Positions 25,629 through 38,612 of a stretch of DNA of 64,000 bases are shown piece after piece. The DNA lies in NCBI GenBank assembly GCA_951406725.2, contig OX597827.1, forward strand, positions 55,986,001 through 56,050,000. The letters are read 5' to 3'. This DNA comes from Octopus vulgaris (taxonomy: Eukaryota). Below the pieces are notes generated by a model that was given only the letters and a program-made list of their open reading frames with translations, made no database searches and was not told where the DNA came from. How positions within the stretch are numbered: the stretch's first letter is position 1; each line of letters opens with the position of its first letter. Made by a program: the position numbers and the translations under genes.

Positions 25629-26062
25629 CAGCGGTTCTCAACCAATTTTTTTACTTATGGACCGCCTTTGATTACTATTGTATTCTGGTGGAGCCATTCG
25701 ATGTTTTAAAAACTAGTTTTATAGCCAATGCTTTCAAAATTTCTATTTTGTTTTTCATACATTCGCTTGCAATACGTTAGCAAGAAATGTTGATCTATGT
25801 TAAGCGTTAGAGAAGAAACCTAGCTCTTTCTTGCAATAAAAACATTCAAAGCAAAACTTTTATACGAACTTCAAAAATAATACGGTAAATCTCCCAGGCG
25901 AAAGTAAGGAATACGCACACCCGGTATTTAGGGTTAGGGTTAGGGTTTTTGTCACACTGAAAACGGATGGTGTGCATACTCTTTATCTCCGCCGATCCCC
26001 AAATTACTGTTTCACTTGCGTGGGCCCCTAGGGAACATACAGATCCTGATTGAGATCTACTG
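25629..26062. mobile_element. hAT-type MITE with a nested telomeric MITE
   Basis: TIRs CAGCGGTTCTCAAC / ATTGAGATCTACTG; perfect TSD CAGTAGAT. Confidence 0.85.
25897..25993. mobile_element. 92-bp family MITE with (TTAGGG)3
   Basis: GGCGAAAGTAAGGAATACGCACACC ... GGTGTGCATACTCTTTATCTCCGCC. Confidence 0.85.
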
Positions 26063-26427
26063 CAGTAGATCTATAATCAGATATGCCAGACATAATATTC
26101 CCGTATCATGTCGGGTGACCGCGTTGAAGCGCACTCATTAGTACAGCGATTACCGCATATGTTACGCTCCCACTCCTAATGTTTCACGGACATCGCGCTA
26201 AATGTTTTATTACTACGGTACTATACAGCCTTCAGCTTTTATGAATGACTGGTGTTTTCGGTTGATCCGATTCTCGGAATGTTTCCGCGATCCAAGTAAA
26301 CGGTCTCTTATAAGCTACCGGCAATAACGAAACCCTACTCTTATCAATTCTAATTCAGCGATTCTGCACGAGCTCTAATTACTGTTGTATTATACGTTCA
26401 ACTTTTATGGAAGAATGCCGAATGCCT

Positions 26428-26800
26428 CTTTTACTCTTTTACAGCCTTTAGTCGAGCAAATCGACCCCAGGACTTATTTATTGTAAGCCTAGTACTTATT
26501 CTATCGGTCTCTTTTGCCGAACCACTAAATTACGGGGACGTAAACACACCAGCATCGGTTGTCAAGCGATGTTGGGGGGACACAGACACACACAGACACA
26601 CACACACACACACACACACACCACACACATATATATAAATATACATATATACGACGGGCTTCTTTTAGTTTCCGTCTACCAAATCCACTCAAGGCTTTGG
26701 TCGGCCCAAGGCTATAGTAGAAGACACTTGCCCAAGATGCCACGCTGTGGGACTGAACCCGGAACCATGTGGTTCGTTAGCAAGCTACTTACTCCTACGC
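26428..26800 (-). mobile_element. SINE family 1
   Basis: Reverse complement of the 30607-31017 copy. Confidence 0.9.
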
Positions 26801-26889
26801 CTATAATGCCTATGGACGACTGATTGATTCAATACACAGAACATTTCCAAATACCAACACATTTTAGATTAAAGAAATTACAATTATAA

Positions 26890-27440
26890 TTCTTTCTAAT
26901 TCTGGCATAAGGCCAGCAATTCTGAAGGGAGAAGTCAATTACATTGACCCCCAGTACTTGCTCGTACATTTTTTTTTATCAAACCCGAAAGGATTAAAGG
27001 CAAAGTTGAACTCGGCGGTATTTGAACTTAGAATGTAAAGAGTCGGACGAAATGTCGTTAACCACTTTGTCCGGCGTGCTAACGATTCTGCCACCTCGCT
27101 GCTTTTACAATAATCCTTTCTGCTACAGGCACAAGGCATGAACTTTTTGGGGCGGGGGACAGTTGATTATGGTACTTATTTTATTGACCCCCCCAAAAAA
27201 AGATAAAAGGCAAAGTCGACCTCGGCAGAATTTGAACTCACAACGTAAAGGCGGACAAGATACCGCTAAGCATTTTGTCCGGCATGCTAACGGTTCTGCT
27301 AGCTCGCCATCTTAGTAATATTTATAATTATGGTTTCAAATTTTGGCACAAGGCCAGCAACTTCATGGGAGGGGATAAGTCGATTACATCGACTACAGTG
27401 TTCAACTGGTACTTATTTTATCGACCCCGAAAGGATGAAA

Positions 27441-27472
<32 letters not shown>

Positions 27473-27600
27473 CCTTTCTACTATAGGCACAAAGCCTGGA
27501 ATTTTGGAGGAGGGGGATCAGTTGATTACATCGACCCCAATGCTTAACTGGTACTTAATTTATCGATCTCCGAAAGGATAAAAGGCAAAGTCGACCTCGT
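26890..27600 (-). mobile_element. Cluster of about four head-to-tail SINE family 2 copies
   Basis: Repeated AAGGCAAAGTCGACCTCGGC and GGTACTTATTTTATCGACCCC blocks. Confidence 0.8.
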
Positions 27601-28263
27601 CCTGTACATGTGTTCCCCCCGACTTTGTTTCCTCATAACCCCCAGAAAAATGAATATTTTTTGAATGAAATTTTGTACACATACGTTTCAGATGGTGTAG
27701 ATTTCAATTATACCGGAATTTACTGAAAAAAACCCAAAAATTTCTGTGGGTGGGAAGAGGAATTTCGGAAAATTCACTCGAGTTGACTTTGTTTCTTCAT
27801 AACTTTCAGAAAATGAGTATTTTTTAATGAAATTTTCTATAGATACTTTTTCAGAGTGTGTAAATTACGATTATATCAGAATTTGATGTGAAAAGAAAAT
27901 AGCGAACGCACACATACGTACTGACACACATCACAATTTTTTTTTTCGAAATTTCAAGTTTCATTTTTTTCGATATATGTGACATGTGTCATATGTATGT
28001 GTACGAGCCCACCAAATTAATTTTTTTCCTATTACATTCCGATTTAATCGTAATCTACACATTCTGAAAAGTATTTGTAGAATAATTAATAGAAATTACC
28101 CATTTTTCTGAAAATTATGAGCAAAGAAAGCCGTCACGTGTGAATTTTTCCGAAATTCCTAACCATTTGAAGCGTATTTGTAGAAAATTTCATTAAAAAG
28201 TATCCATTTTTCTGGAAGTCATGAGGAAACAAAGTTGGGAGTAGGCACATGTGTAGGAATGCC
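27600..28263. mobile_element. Fold-back MITE family (related pieces at 28883-29078, 53530-53690, 56390-56530 and 63850-63990)
   Basis: TACATGTG...CGACTTTGTTTCCTCATAAC...AGAAAAATG mirrored by CATTTTTCTGGAAGTCATGAGGAAACAAAGTTG...CACATGTG. Confidence 0.65.
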
Positions 28264-28297
<34 letters not shown>

Positions 28298-28314
28298 GTA
28301 ATATTAATAATAAA

Positions 28315-28880
28315 TACCCTGATGCAGTACCAGGCAGTGGTTCTCAAGGCTTCTGATCTTAACTGATTAGAAGTGTTATCATGTACATTGTTTTGTCTTG
28401 GTATAAAAAATGGGCTACAGCAAATATTCTGCTCAATACTACAGATTTGCTTGTCAGTTGTTTGACCGTAACCAGTTCAGCATGTCCCTTAGTGGCTGAC
28501 GATATGTGTATCTCTGATCATGAGCAAGAGTACTGGGGGAGCATCATAGACATGTGTTGGCAGGAATTCTTTGAGGTTTGGATAATTCACCTTTGGAAAC
28601 ATAGGTGTTTCATTCAACATCATTAAACAAACCTTATTCAGGGACCTTCTGAGCGGGACGGGCTACTCAACCCGAAGAAAATTCTAACTGGACCCCACCC
28701 GCAAGGTCATGCGCTGTTATGATATGAGATCGCTATGTTGCGCACATATTGTTGTGATGCATGTGCCTAGTGTACTCTTATCAGACGGGTAGTCATGATG
28801 GGTATACAGGGCTTCGTATATTTGTACCCCAGTGTCGTTTTGATGGCATACACTACCCTCTCACTCAATAATAATAATAA
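28315..28880 (+). mobile_element. Non-LTR retrotransposon 3' end inserted in (TAA)n, possibly Dong/R4-like
   Basis: GC-richer block flanked on both sides by (AAT)n; the clade is inferred only from target preference. Confidence 0.4.
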
Positions 28881-29149
28881 TTCGGCATACCCACACACGT
28901 TTGCTCCCCCACCACCGACTTTTCTTTCCGCATAACTTCAGAAATATTAAATTCTGATATAATGGTAATATTGACACTCTGAAACATATTTGTAGAAAAT
29001 TTCATATGCAAAAAGTATCCATTTTTCTGAAAGATATGAAGAAACAAAATCGCTGAGGTACACTTGTGTAGGCTTGCTAAAAGTTGATTGACAATAAAAT
29101 GAACAAACGTTGTTGGATGCTACTTGATATATTAGCTTTTATACAATAA

Positions 29150-29750
29150 CTAGCTTTTAAGCTAGCTCTGCGGAGGGCTAATTGGCTTTGCGACTCAAAA
29201 CTAAAAAGGGAAATAATAATAAAGCATTTATTGGTATCTTACCATCTCGGTTTTATATCACAGAGTATCACATTTGGATAATTTGGAAATCGCTGTAAAG
29301 CAGCAGGATAAACAATATTCTTGGTTTTACCATTTGATGTGAGTATGAAGAGATTGTTATTTCCAGCTCTGGAACAACTGACATAGAGCTGACCATGGGA
29401 AAAGCGCTGCTGCAGGAGGTGCAGTCTAACACTTTTGAGTAATTGTACTTGACTCTTGTTAATTGACATTGCAACACTAACTCTTACAGGAAATTGAAGT
29501 CTCTTAAATTTAAAGGGCATGTCTGCTGGAATCTGTGGAATTCTTGGAATAAACACATTTTCTCCCTTTCCTTGTCCAGTGAGGATTATTGCTTCCAAAA
29601 GATGTGGATGCATTTGCCTGACAATCAGTCTTGTTCCCTTGCACATCTTTGGGAGATCTGGATTTCTCAAAAGTATGATTGGAACTCCTTTCTGCAATGT
29701 CAGTTTGTGAGAAGGCGTTGCAGGAGGATCCAAAGAAACTCAGTAATTAT
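29150..29750 (-). mobile_element. Helitron 3' end with a Pif1-like helicase C-terminal fragment
   Basis: ORF 29239-29733 has PIILLRN..MCKGTRL, FKRLQFPVR..AMSINKSQ and FSHGQLYVSCSR; an imperfect hairpin then CTAG|T ends at 29150. Confidence 0.9.
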
Positions 29751-29753
29751 AGA

Positions 29754-29817
<64 letters not shown>

Positions 29818-29822
<5 letters not shown>

Positions 29823-30480
29823 CGGTCAAACGGGGACGCCGCTTGGCTGACCGGTTCGCGGAACACCTCCGAGAATCAGACTCGGCAATGACACCCCGGT
29901 CTCGCGCCATTTTCACTCTACTGGTCATTCTTTACAACACCTGTCTATGTTCAGATTGTTCTCGCACATGGGCCATCTGGACTCCCGTCTTCGCCGTGAA
30001 CAATAATTAATCTTCTCTCTTCGCTCCTTTGAACCCTTCACTCCCATCCACCTTTCCTTTCCTCTCTTGCTCTGACACCTTTCTTCACTCCTACCCACCT
30101 ACACCTTTCCACCATCACTCCCACCATCGTTATCCTACCCCTACACATTCCAACCCACCATCCCTATACATCGCATCCCACTCCCACATACCCTACCTCT
30201 ACCCTCACCTCAACCCACACCCTACCCTTGCTTCGCCCCATCCTCGCCTCCCCACACCCCAACACCACACCACACTACATCACACCACCCCGCACACACT
30301 AGCACTGACCACTTCCCAGCACCCACACACCTACACATGCACATACGCACACCTCAAGGTCACCAACCCCTATCCACACGCACATACACACTCTCATATG
30401 CATACGCACGCGCACCTTCGTTTTGGCATCACCACTACTTTATTATCTCTCCTTCATCTCATCTTTCCTGTCTGACCACC
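29818..30480 (+). mobile_element. Penelope-like element fragment (GIY-YIG C-terminal half plus C-rich 3' UTR)
   Basis: Frameshifted translation IGQTGRRLADRFAEHL...PVSRHFHSTGH...RLRREQ*LIFSL; starts at (TA)n. Confidence 0.8.
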
Positions 30481-30606
30481 TCTGTCTGGCATTCGCCATG
30501 ATTGATTGCTTGCCACTAAACCTTTGCTGAATGTTCAAGAACCAAATGAAGAGCAAATTTTCAAACCCTGAGTCCTGATTCCACACGCCCTCAAAAAAAA
30601 AAAGTA

Positions 30607-31017
30607 TGAGTGGCTGTGTGGTAAGTAGCTTGCTTACCAACCACATGGTTCCGGGTTCAGTCCAACTGCGGAGCACCTTGGGCAAGTGTCTTCTACTATA
30701 GCATCGGGCCGACCAAAGCCTTGTGAGTGGATTTGGTAGACGGAAACTAAAAGAAGCCCGTCGTATATATGTATATATTATATGTGTGTGTATATGTTTG
30801 TGTGTCTGTGTTTGTCCCCCCCCCAACCTCGCTTGACAACCGATGCTGGTGTGTTTACGTCCCCGTAACTTAGCGGTTCTTCAAAAGAGACCGATAGAAT
30901 AAGTACTAGGCTTACCAAAAATAAGTCCTGGGGTCGACTTACTCGACTAAAAGCGGTGCTCCAGCATAACCACAGTCAACTGACTGAAACAAGTAAAAGA
31001 GTAAAGAGAAAAGAGTA
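30607..31017 (+). mobile_element. SINE family 1, near full length
   Basis: A-box TGGCTGTGTGG, B-box GGTTCAGTCC, CCTTGGGCAAGTG core and tail. Confidence 0.9.
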
Positions 31018-31371
31018 TGTAGAGCAAATATAGACTGAGATACAGGGGTCCCAGACAGACAGAATTTCGTTTTTCTTTTTATAGATTAAGCCTAGTTTGT
31101 ATTTTTGACGTTAATAAAGGTCGGTCGAACGAATCGAATTGAGCGTTTTTTTAAACAAGCAATAAACATTTTATTGCGTACAATTTCTACTTCAACTTCC
31201 TGCTGTTAAACAATTCGCATAAGCACAAATGACAAGTTTGCCTTAATATAGTGACATATTCGATGTCAAGCCACACAGGTGTTAGTCTACATTATATTAA
31301 AGTTGTGTATCAGGAAATATTTAACTTATATATCAGGGCTGTGTAATACGAGAAAATGTCGTGCTTATATA

Positions 31372-31952
<581 letters not shown>

Positions 31953-33633
31953 TAGCCACTTGTGGGTAGTAAAGAAATAGGCATTGAATATCTCTTTACA
32001 TTTTGAGTTCAAATTCCGCTGAGGTCGACTTTGCCTTTTATCCTTTCGGGTTCGACAAAAAAAAAAAAAGCACCATAATCGGCTACCCATCACCCCCAAA
32101 TTTCAGGCAGTATACCTATAATAGAAAGAATGTATTATTGTAAAGGCGACGAGCTGGTAGAATTGTTTGCACGGCAACAAAACGCTGAGCAGAAGCTCAA
32201 CATTAATGGAAGTTGATCGTCCAGATCGAGGGGAACCTGCAAGGGAAAAGTTTGTCGAATGAAGCTGGTGAAACTATCGTTGGTATGTCCGGATATTTAA
32301 CACATAAAGCATGACGGGCCACGATCGTGGCCCAGATAGATGCATTTATTTTATGGGCATTTGTTGGGGTCTAATGTAATTCAAACACTCTGATACCCCC
32401 CAGAATGCAAGAGGACTAATAGTTCAACTAATGACTTTTCAGATTATGTAAAACTATTTTTGTTTTTTATGTGTGCACAGTAGTCTCATTTTCATAAAAT
32501 GGGCTCAGCAGTCCATGCACTTACATAAGTGCAAATCCCAGTGCTTTATGGGTTGAAGCTTCGTTTCCATTGACAGAATGAATATTTCTTGCCTTTTTCG
32601 TTGTAGAAGAATCCCTTTTGAATCTATGTAGTATGCAGAGTTTGATTTGGTGTTAAATCCTATTCGAATTTAACCACTTCAGTGTAAAGCAGACATAGGC
32701 TCTCTTTTTCGAGAATCGGGTTGCACTTTTTAAAAAATTCAAAATAATTTTTCATTAGCTGTGCCATTCAGAAGGTCCCGCGGGCCTAAGTTTGTCCAAT
32801 GACTGGTGTAGTCTGCCAAGAAAGAAAACAGTAGCATTGGAATGTAAAAATTAATGCTTATTTTACCGTATGTATTAAATAAGTGTGAGGATGCATAGCC
32901 TAGAGAGGTTATGGTTTGGCATTCGCGATAGTGTGATGGTGGTTTCAATTCTTGGACCGGGTGGTGCATTGTGTTCTTGAGTAAAAACACTTCAGCTCAC
33001 CACTTCGATACCCGCATCTATTCAGACAACGTTGATTTGATGGAGAGGGTGAACTATTGTACAGCACAAACATTTGATCAATATAAAACGAATCATTTGT
33101 GCAGCTTGTTCAACGAAAAGAAAAAAGAAAATGCTGAACCGTCTTTCTCGGACTAACGAGAGATTATTTTGGAGATAGATAAATGAATGAATGAATAGCT
33201 AAATAGATAAATAAGCACCCTCAATGTGATCATGTCAAAAATGTAACAGGACTTTCATTCAATAATTTTCACGGATTCCGCTGGTATAATTAGCTTGTCG
33301 AGTATTGAAAATAAAAAAATAGAGCGTATGAACAAAGACAATCTATGTCAACTCATTCATGTGGTAACGAAGTATTATATACAACATTAAATTGAGTTGT
33401 GATTCCGACTAATGATAAACAATTACAATTCTTTTGCAGTAAACGTGTTGCTTACAGCTCCTGTTTACAATGAGAGGTCGTTCGTTCTACAATACGATAA
33501 TCTACAGCAGTGGTTCTTCTTTACCCCACTTTTTGTTTTTCTCGGTGTCTTTTTGTAAGTAGTTGTAATGCCTAGCGCCCGCGTAAGTGGAGAGTTTTTC
33601 AGAACAGACAGAGAGTTTTAGAAGATTTAAATC

Positions 33634-35005
33634 AGTGGTTCCCAACGTTTTCCAGACTGCGGGCTTCTTGGCACCCAGGCCACAATCCTAACGCCTCCAC
33701 CTCCACCCCACTCACCAACACAATCATTGTCCACTTTCTGCAGCAAATTCAAAACAAATGCATCTCACAAAAAAAAAATCTTAACCTAATTCGCTCATCA
33801 TTTTGGTTTTTTTTTTACATCCATCGCCCTCTTTTGACCTCTCCATTATCACCCTTCTTTTCTTCAACGCCCCACCCAGGATCTTTTCACCACCCCCAAG
33901 GCAGCAGTACTGCACACTTTGGGAACCATTGATTTGAATACAAAGAAACAAGAAAAAAGAAAGATAAGAAAAGAAAAGAAAGAAAAAAGGGGGAGTAAAG
34001 CGGTGCAGAGGGGGGGGGGGGCGATGGGTCACATACCCCAGAACAAATGGTGCGCTAAGTCACACCCCGTAGTCAGGACCGCGATGGCGTTGTCACGGAG
34101 AATGACCAGCGTCACCCGCTGCAGCATCCACTCAATCTTGTGGTGCTCATTTCTCCGACGTGCCGCTATTATCCCTATTTTGCGGAGGAAATCGGTGGTA
34201 GTACTGGATCCCAGAACACCTGACATCTCGACGGCGACCGGCACAAATTGATAGCGGCCGGCCAGGCCCCTGTAGTTATTGATTTTTCTCTCCTCTGGGT
34301 TACGGGCATCGACACTCGGGTTTGTAGCCGATGCTTGCAAGGTTGGAGCCGGAATACAACTAAACCAGCTTAACATGGATGATAATTTATAAATTTTACT
34401 CAAAAATTGGATTGTATAAGCTTTTAACAGTGAAATAAGAAATTAGTGTTTGTCGCCACCTTAACGTGGGTGTTCTCGAAGAACCGACGATACTGCTATT
34501 TTCACCTCAAAAAGACATCTCCTCCAGCTGGTTATTCAGTATGCTTTCGTACTTGATATTCATTGCAAGCAGGAGAGAACTCCTGACACTCTAGCTCCGA
34601 GATCACCAGATCACGTTATTTCGATCGTATTGGATCACTTCAGTGGTGGGCACTCGTTTGTCAGGTATGGTATTAGTCTGACCTCGCTTGCAATATATAG
34701 AAAATTCAGTGTCATACAATCACTGATCTTTATTAAAAAATCAATAAAGACAAAAGTTGTAAATTTACTTTATACATTGCAAGTTAACGACTTGTCTGTA
34801 CCTGATGAGATCTAACTAACAGCATGCTACTTATCTCTTATTTTAATTTAATAGCAATTACTAGTTTTATCATGTATAATATAACAACTACTACAGGTAA
34901 AATTTAGTATGTTAATTATGTTACCTCACTGCCCCCTAAAGCCTAACGCCTCCTTCGACATGTCCAGCGGGGATGGGTTCCTACTACTCACATTGAGAAC
35001 CTCTA
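33634..35005 (-). mobile_element. Degenerate hAT element with a nested retro-fragment
   Basis: Ends CAGTGGTTCCCAA / TTGAGAACCTCT; weak transposase-like remnants at 34400-34600; TSD not evident. Confidence 0.45.
34029..34345 (-). mobile_element. CRE-like non-LTR retrotransposon restriction-like endonuclease C-terminal fragment
   Basis: EERKINNY...FVPVAVEMSGVLG...FL...WMLQRVTLVILRDNA resembles the C-terminus of RLE-type elements. Confidence 0.7.
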
Positions 35006-35172
35006 ATCTGCAGTGAGGAGGCAGTTTCACGTTCAAGTATGCAAGAAGGTGATAAGAATGAATGTATTCATATTAGGGTTTAGAAAACCATATAAAATAA
35101 GTAATATATATATATATCGCATTTTACTGTTTTATTTTATGTATTTTTATTTCTTTTATAATTCATATAAGT

Positions 35173-35480
35173 GAAGGTGTGTGGTGTAGTGGTTAGGATA
35201 TTCGGCTCGCGATCGTAAGGTCGTTAGTTCAATTCCCGGCGACACGTTGTCCTTGAGCAAGACACTTTATTTCATGTTGCTCCAGACCACTCAGCTGGTA
35301 AAAATGAGTAGAACCTGTATTTCAAAGAGCCAGCTTTGTCACATTCTGTATCACGCTGAATCTCCCTGAGAACTACCCGTGTCTGTGGATTGCTCAGCTA
35401 CTTGCACGTTAATTTCACGGGCACACTGTTTCGTTGATCGGATCAACTAGACTCCACGTCGTCGTAAGTGACAGAGTACC
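35173..35480 (+). mobile_element. SINE family 3
   Basis: Homologous to 8190-8517. Confidence 0.85.
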
Positions 35481-35701
35481 AGTTATTATTTTTTTTATAT
35501 ATAAATGTCAGTTTATCGATCTCCCAAAAGATCAGTCTACTCCACCATTTCGATCTGGTATTTATCGACACCTAATCCCGAAGATAGTTCCTTTGACTAC
35601 CTCTTTCTGTCTAAAATTGCGATCTTTAGCTGCAACAAGAATCAAAGATATTCTTCAAGTTCTGTTATTTAAAAAATTCTTTAATATCACATTTATATTA
35701 A

Positions 35702-35905
35702 GGCAGTGAGGTGGCAGAATCTTTAACATGGCATTTCGTCTGTCTATACGTTCTGAGTTCAAATTCCACCGAGGTCGACTTTACCTTTCATCCTTTCAGG
35801 GGGTGGGGTTCGATAAAATAAGTACCAGTCACGTACTGAGGTCGATGTAATCGACTTATCCCTCCCCTAAATTGCTGGCCTTGTGCCAAAATTTGAAACC
35901 AATAT
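35702..35905 (+). mobile_element. SINE family 2 (other copies at ~5274-5500, 7035-7150, 31870-32130, 42256-42450, 44060-44256 and 47880-48295)
   Basis: GAGTTCAAATTCC B-box plus the Meta-domain-like core. Confidence 0.8.
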
Positions 35906-36603
35906 TACATTTATGTCGCTATACATTAGCTGTCGTGGTCAGAATAATTTTGAAATAATTAAAATGCGATTTCGACTTTATACGGAAGGCCATATGCGAT
36001 TTTCAATTACAAACTGGATTGGTTTGCTGAAAATAATTCTGTCCAACACAAGCAACCGCAGCAAATAGCTCCTAGGAAATTTGTAGATGATATAACAGCC
36101 AGAAAAACAGTTATAATAACTAGGAAAACTCTTATTCACTACAGAAAAAAAAATCTACGAAAGTGTTTGAAAATGTGCTGAAAATTTTCGTGAAACTTCA
36201 CGTGTCCGCGCACATACACAAATCACCCAAGACACAATTCTCATTTAGGGAAGTGCAAGTTCTATGGATTGAAAAATATACATATTGCATTGATTGCAAA
36301 CCCCTCAATCTATGTGACACTGTATCAAATTTCCAAAGACTATCATCGAATATATGCCTCTCATTTCAGTGGAAATGGAATCGCGATTTAATAGTAATGA
36401 GCAAAACATATTTGCAATACTCAACCATACTATTCTTAATCCTGGTATGCCAGCTGACTCAGATGAGCACTATCGACTTGTGTCACGTTATGGTGCTGAT
36501 ATGGATATGAAAGTAGAAAAGGCAATCTGCACGGTTTGTTATGAACTATACGCAGCTACCAGGTTCTCTGGCATATGCAGTTTGGTGTTGAAATTATTTT
36601 CAA

Positions 36604-36997
36604 CTAGCAGTATCGCCCGGCGTTGCTCGGGTTTGTTTCCACCCTTTAGAATTGGAATTTTTGAAAAGTAAAAATTTTGCATTATGTAGCTTGTTATTCT
36701 CTTTAAGTGAACATTTTTCTGGTTGAAATACACCGAAAAATGGCGATACACCAGTAAAAAAATCGTAAAATATAGGGATTTTCATAGAAAAAAAAGCCAC
36801 GTTTTTTATGTAAATAGTTTTTGGCCTTAACATGGTCCGATTTGAATTTTTTCTTCTATGGAAGGAAGAGCAAGCCTTCTTCTATCATATTCTCAATTTT
36901 GGTCAACTTGCGCCGCAGGGTCTCGGAGGAGATAGTGTTAGTTGAAGGCTACCAAACCTGCCATACACAGACAACTTCAGCTTTATATATAGAGAGA
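36604..36997 (-). mobile_element. Non-autonomous Helitron
   Basis: A|TC start, subterminal hairpin CCCGAGCAACGCCGGG, CTAG|T end, no TSD. Confidence 0.88.
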
Positions 36998-37407
36998 TAA
37001 CGATCGTCATGGCGCTCTGCCAGTCTTTAACTAATATCACTTATTCTTCGCCAACATTCCTGCTCCATCGTGTTCTGGAGAGTGTTCTTTCAGCGACCTC
37101 AGACGAATGTTGACATATTTGAGTACAATATGTCATTCATGACTAAATAATGCTTATGCTGAATAGTGAGTGAATGTATGTCAACTTGTCGACAAAAATG
37201 CCGACCAAATGATTAATATTTTTGCTGTTAAGAAATGCGGGAAAAAAAAAAATTTCTTTGAAGTTGCAGGAGTGATTTGTGATAATTGGCGTATCGCTGA
37301 TTGATAAAAATGGCTTTTCGTTATATATTAGTATTTGTGTTTTTATCTGTGTAATATTTCGGATGATTCAAATCTCTGCCCTTCCCTCTTAACTAATGCG
37401 CTCCTTA

Positions 37408-37498
37408 CAGAACACACCGTAGATCATATACAGAACAGACGGTAGATCATATACAGAACAGACGGTAGATCATATACAGAATAGACGGTAGATCATAT
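37408..37498. repeat. 23-bp minisatellite, about 4 units
   Basis: Unit CAGAACAGACGGTAGATCATATA. Confidence 0.9.
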
Positions 37499-37686
37499 GA
37501 ATGAAGATATGAGCAATGTGCGTGAAAGAACGCGCATGGTTGATTGCATTGAAGCGGAACGAGATTAACCGAAATCGACATCTTAGACTTGCAGTGTTAA
37601 TTTCATAAGCTTGAGTGCAGGAGTTGGAGATAAAAAAAAGAAAAACTTTTAACCAGCAGAAACTGCTTATAGTGATATTTTGGGGA

Positions 37687-38612
37687 CAAAGTCTTCTCCA
37701 TAACATTAAGCAAATAAAAGAGTTTCGGGACCCATTGATTTTGATGATAAACTGTAGAAACATCATCCGTGATTATTATAAACAGCATCTGCTGTAATGG
37801 CTAGCCCATGCATGTAACAGGGGGAACTACGGCTACTATGTACGTATTATGTCAATGACTGATTTCATGTTGGGTGAAAAAGAAAAAGTAATCAGTTAAA
37901 AGTATCAGGAATAACTAGAGTAAGGTAAATGGATCTTTTCGGTTTGAACGGCAGTTTTTTTAAAAATAATTTCCACGTAACTAAACACTTTTAAACTTCG
38001 TTTACTGGTAGAATGTGTTTATAAAACATCTTTTTCTCTTGGCTTTATTGAGAAAATTCTATAGTTTGTAAGATATTTGTTGTTTTTTTCTTCAATTTTT
38101 GCAATTCCAACCAATCACTGACGTCTATTGAGGTAAAAAAAAACATTCTGTGCCGTATGAATATGTCCCTCGTTTAAGAAACAGATTGGGTTTATTTTTA
38201 CATTTGTGAAGAAAAAAAGATACCCTTCCCCCACCTCTAACCCTAACCCTAACTAACCCTAACCCTAAAATAGATTGAAATGCAATAGATCGATACTAGG
38301 GTCATAATTATGGGTGACAATTTCATATGACGCCGCTAGAAAAAATTGCCGTTCAAACCGAAAAGATCCCAAAATCTTCTCCATAACATTAAGCAAATAA
38401 AGAGTTTCGAGACCCATTAATTTTGATGATAAACCGTAGAAACATCATCCGTGATTACTATAAACAGCATCTACTGTAATGGTTAGCCCATGCACGTAAA
38501 AGGGAGAACTATGGCTACTGTGTGCGTATTATGTCAATGACTGATTTCATGTTGGGTGAAAATGAAAACGTAATCAGTTAAAAGTATCAGGAATAACTAG
38601 GGTAAGGTAAAT
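37687..38612. repeat. ~244-bp direct duplication exactly flanking a MITE
   Basis: 37687-37930 versus 38370-38612, about 16 differences counted by eye. Confidence 0.92.
37931..38369. mobile_element. Family A telomeric-repeat MITE
   Basis: GGATCTTTTCGG... / ...CCGAAAAGATCC; CCCTAA array at ~38237-38268. Confidence 0.92.

Noticed and set aside
37408-37498. CRISPR-like array
   Set aside because: Contiguous tandem units with no spacers, in a eukaryotic context.
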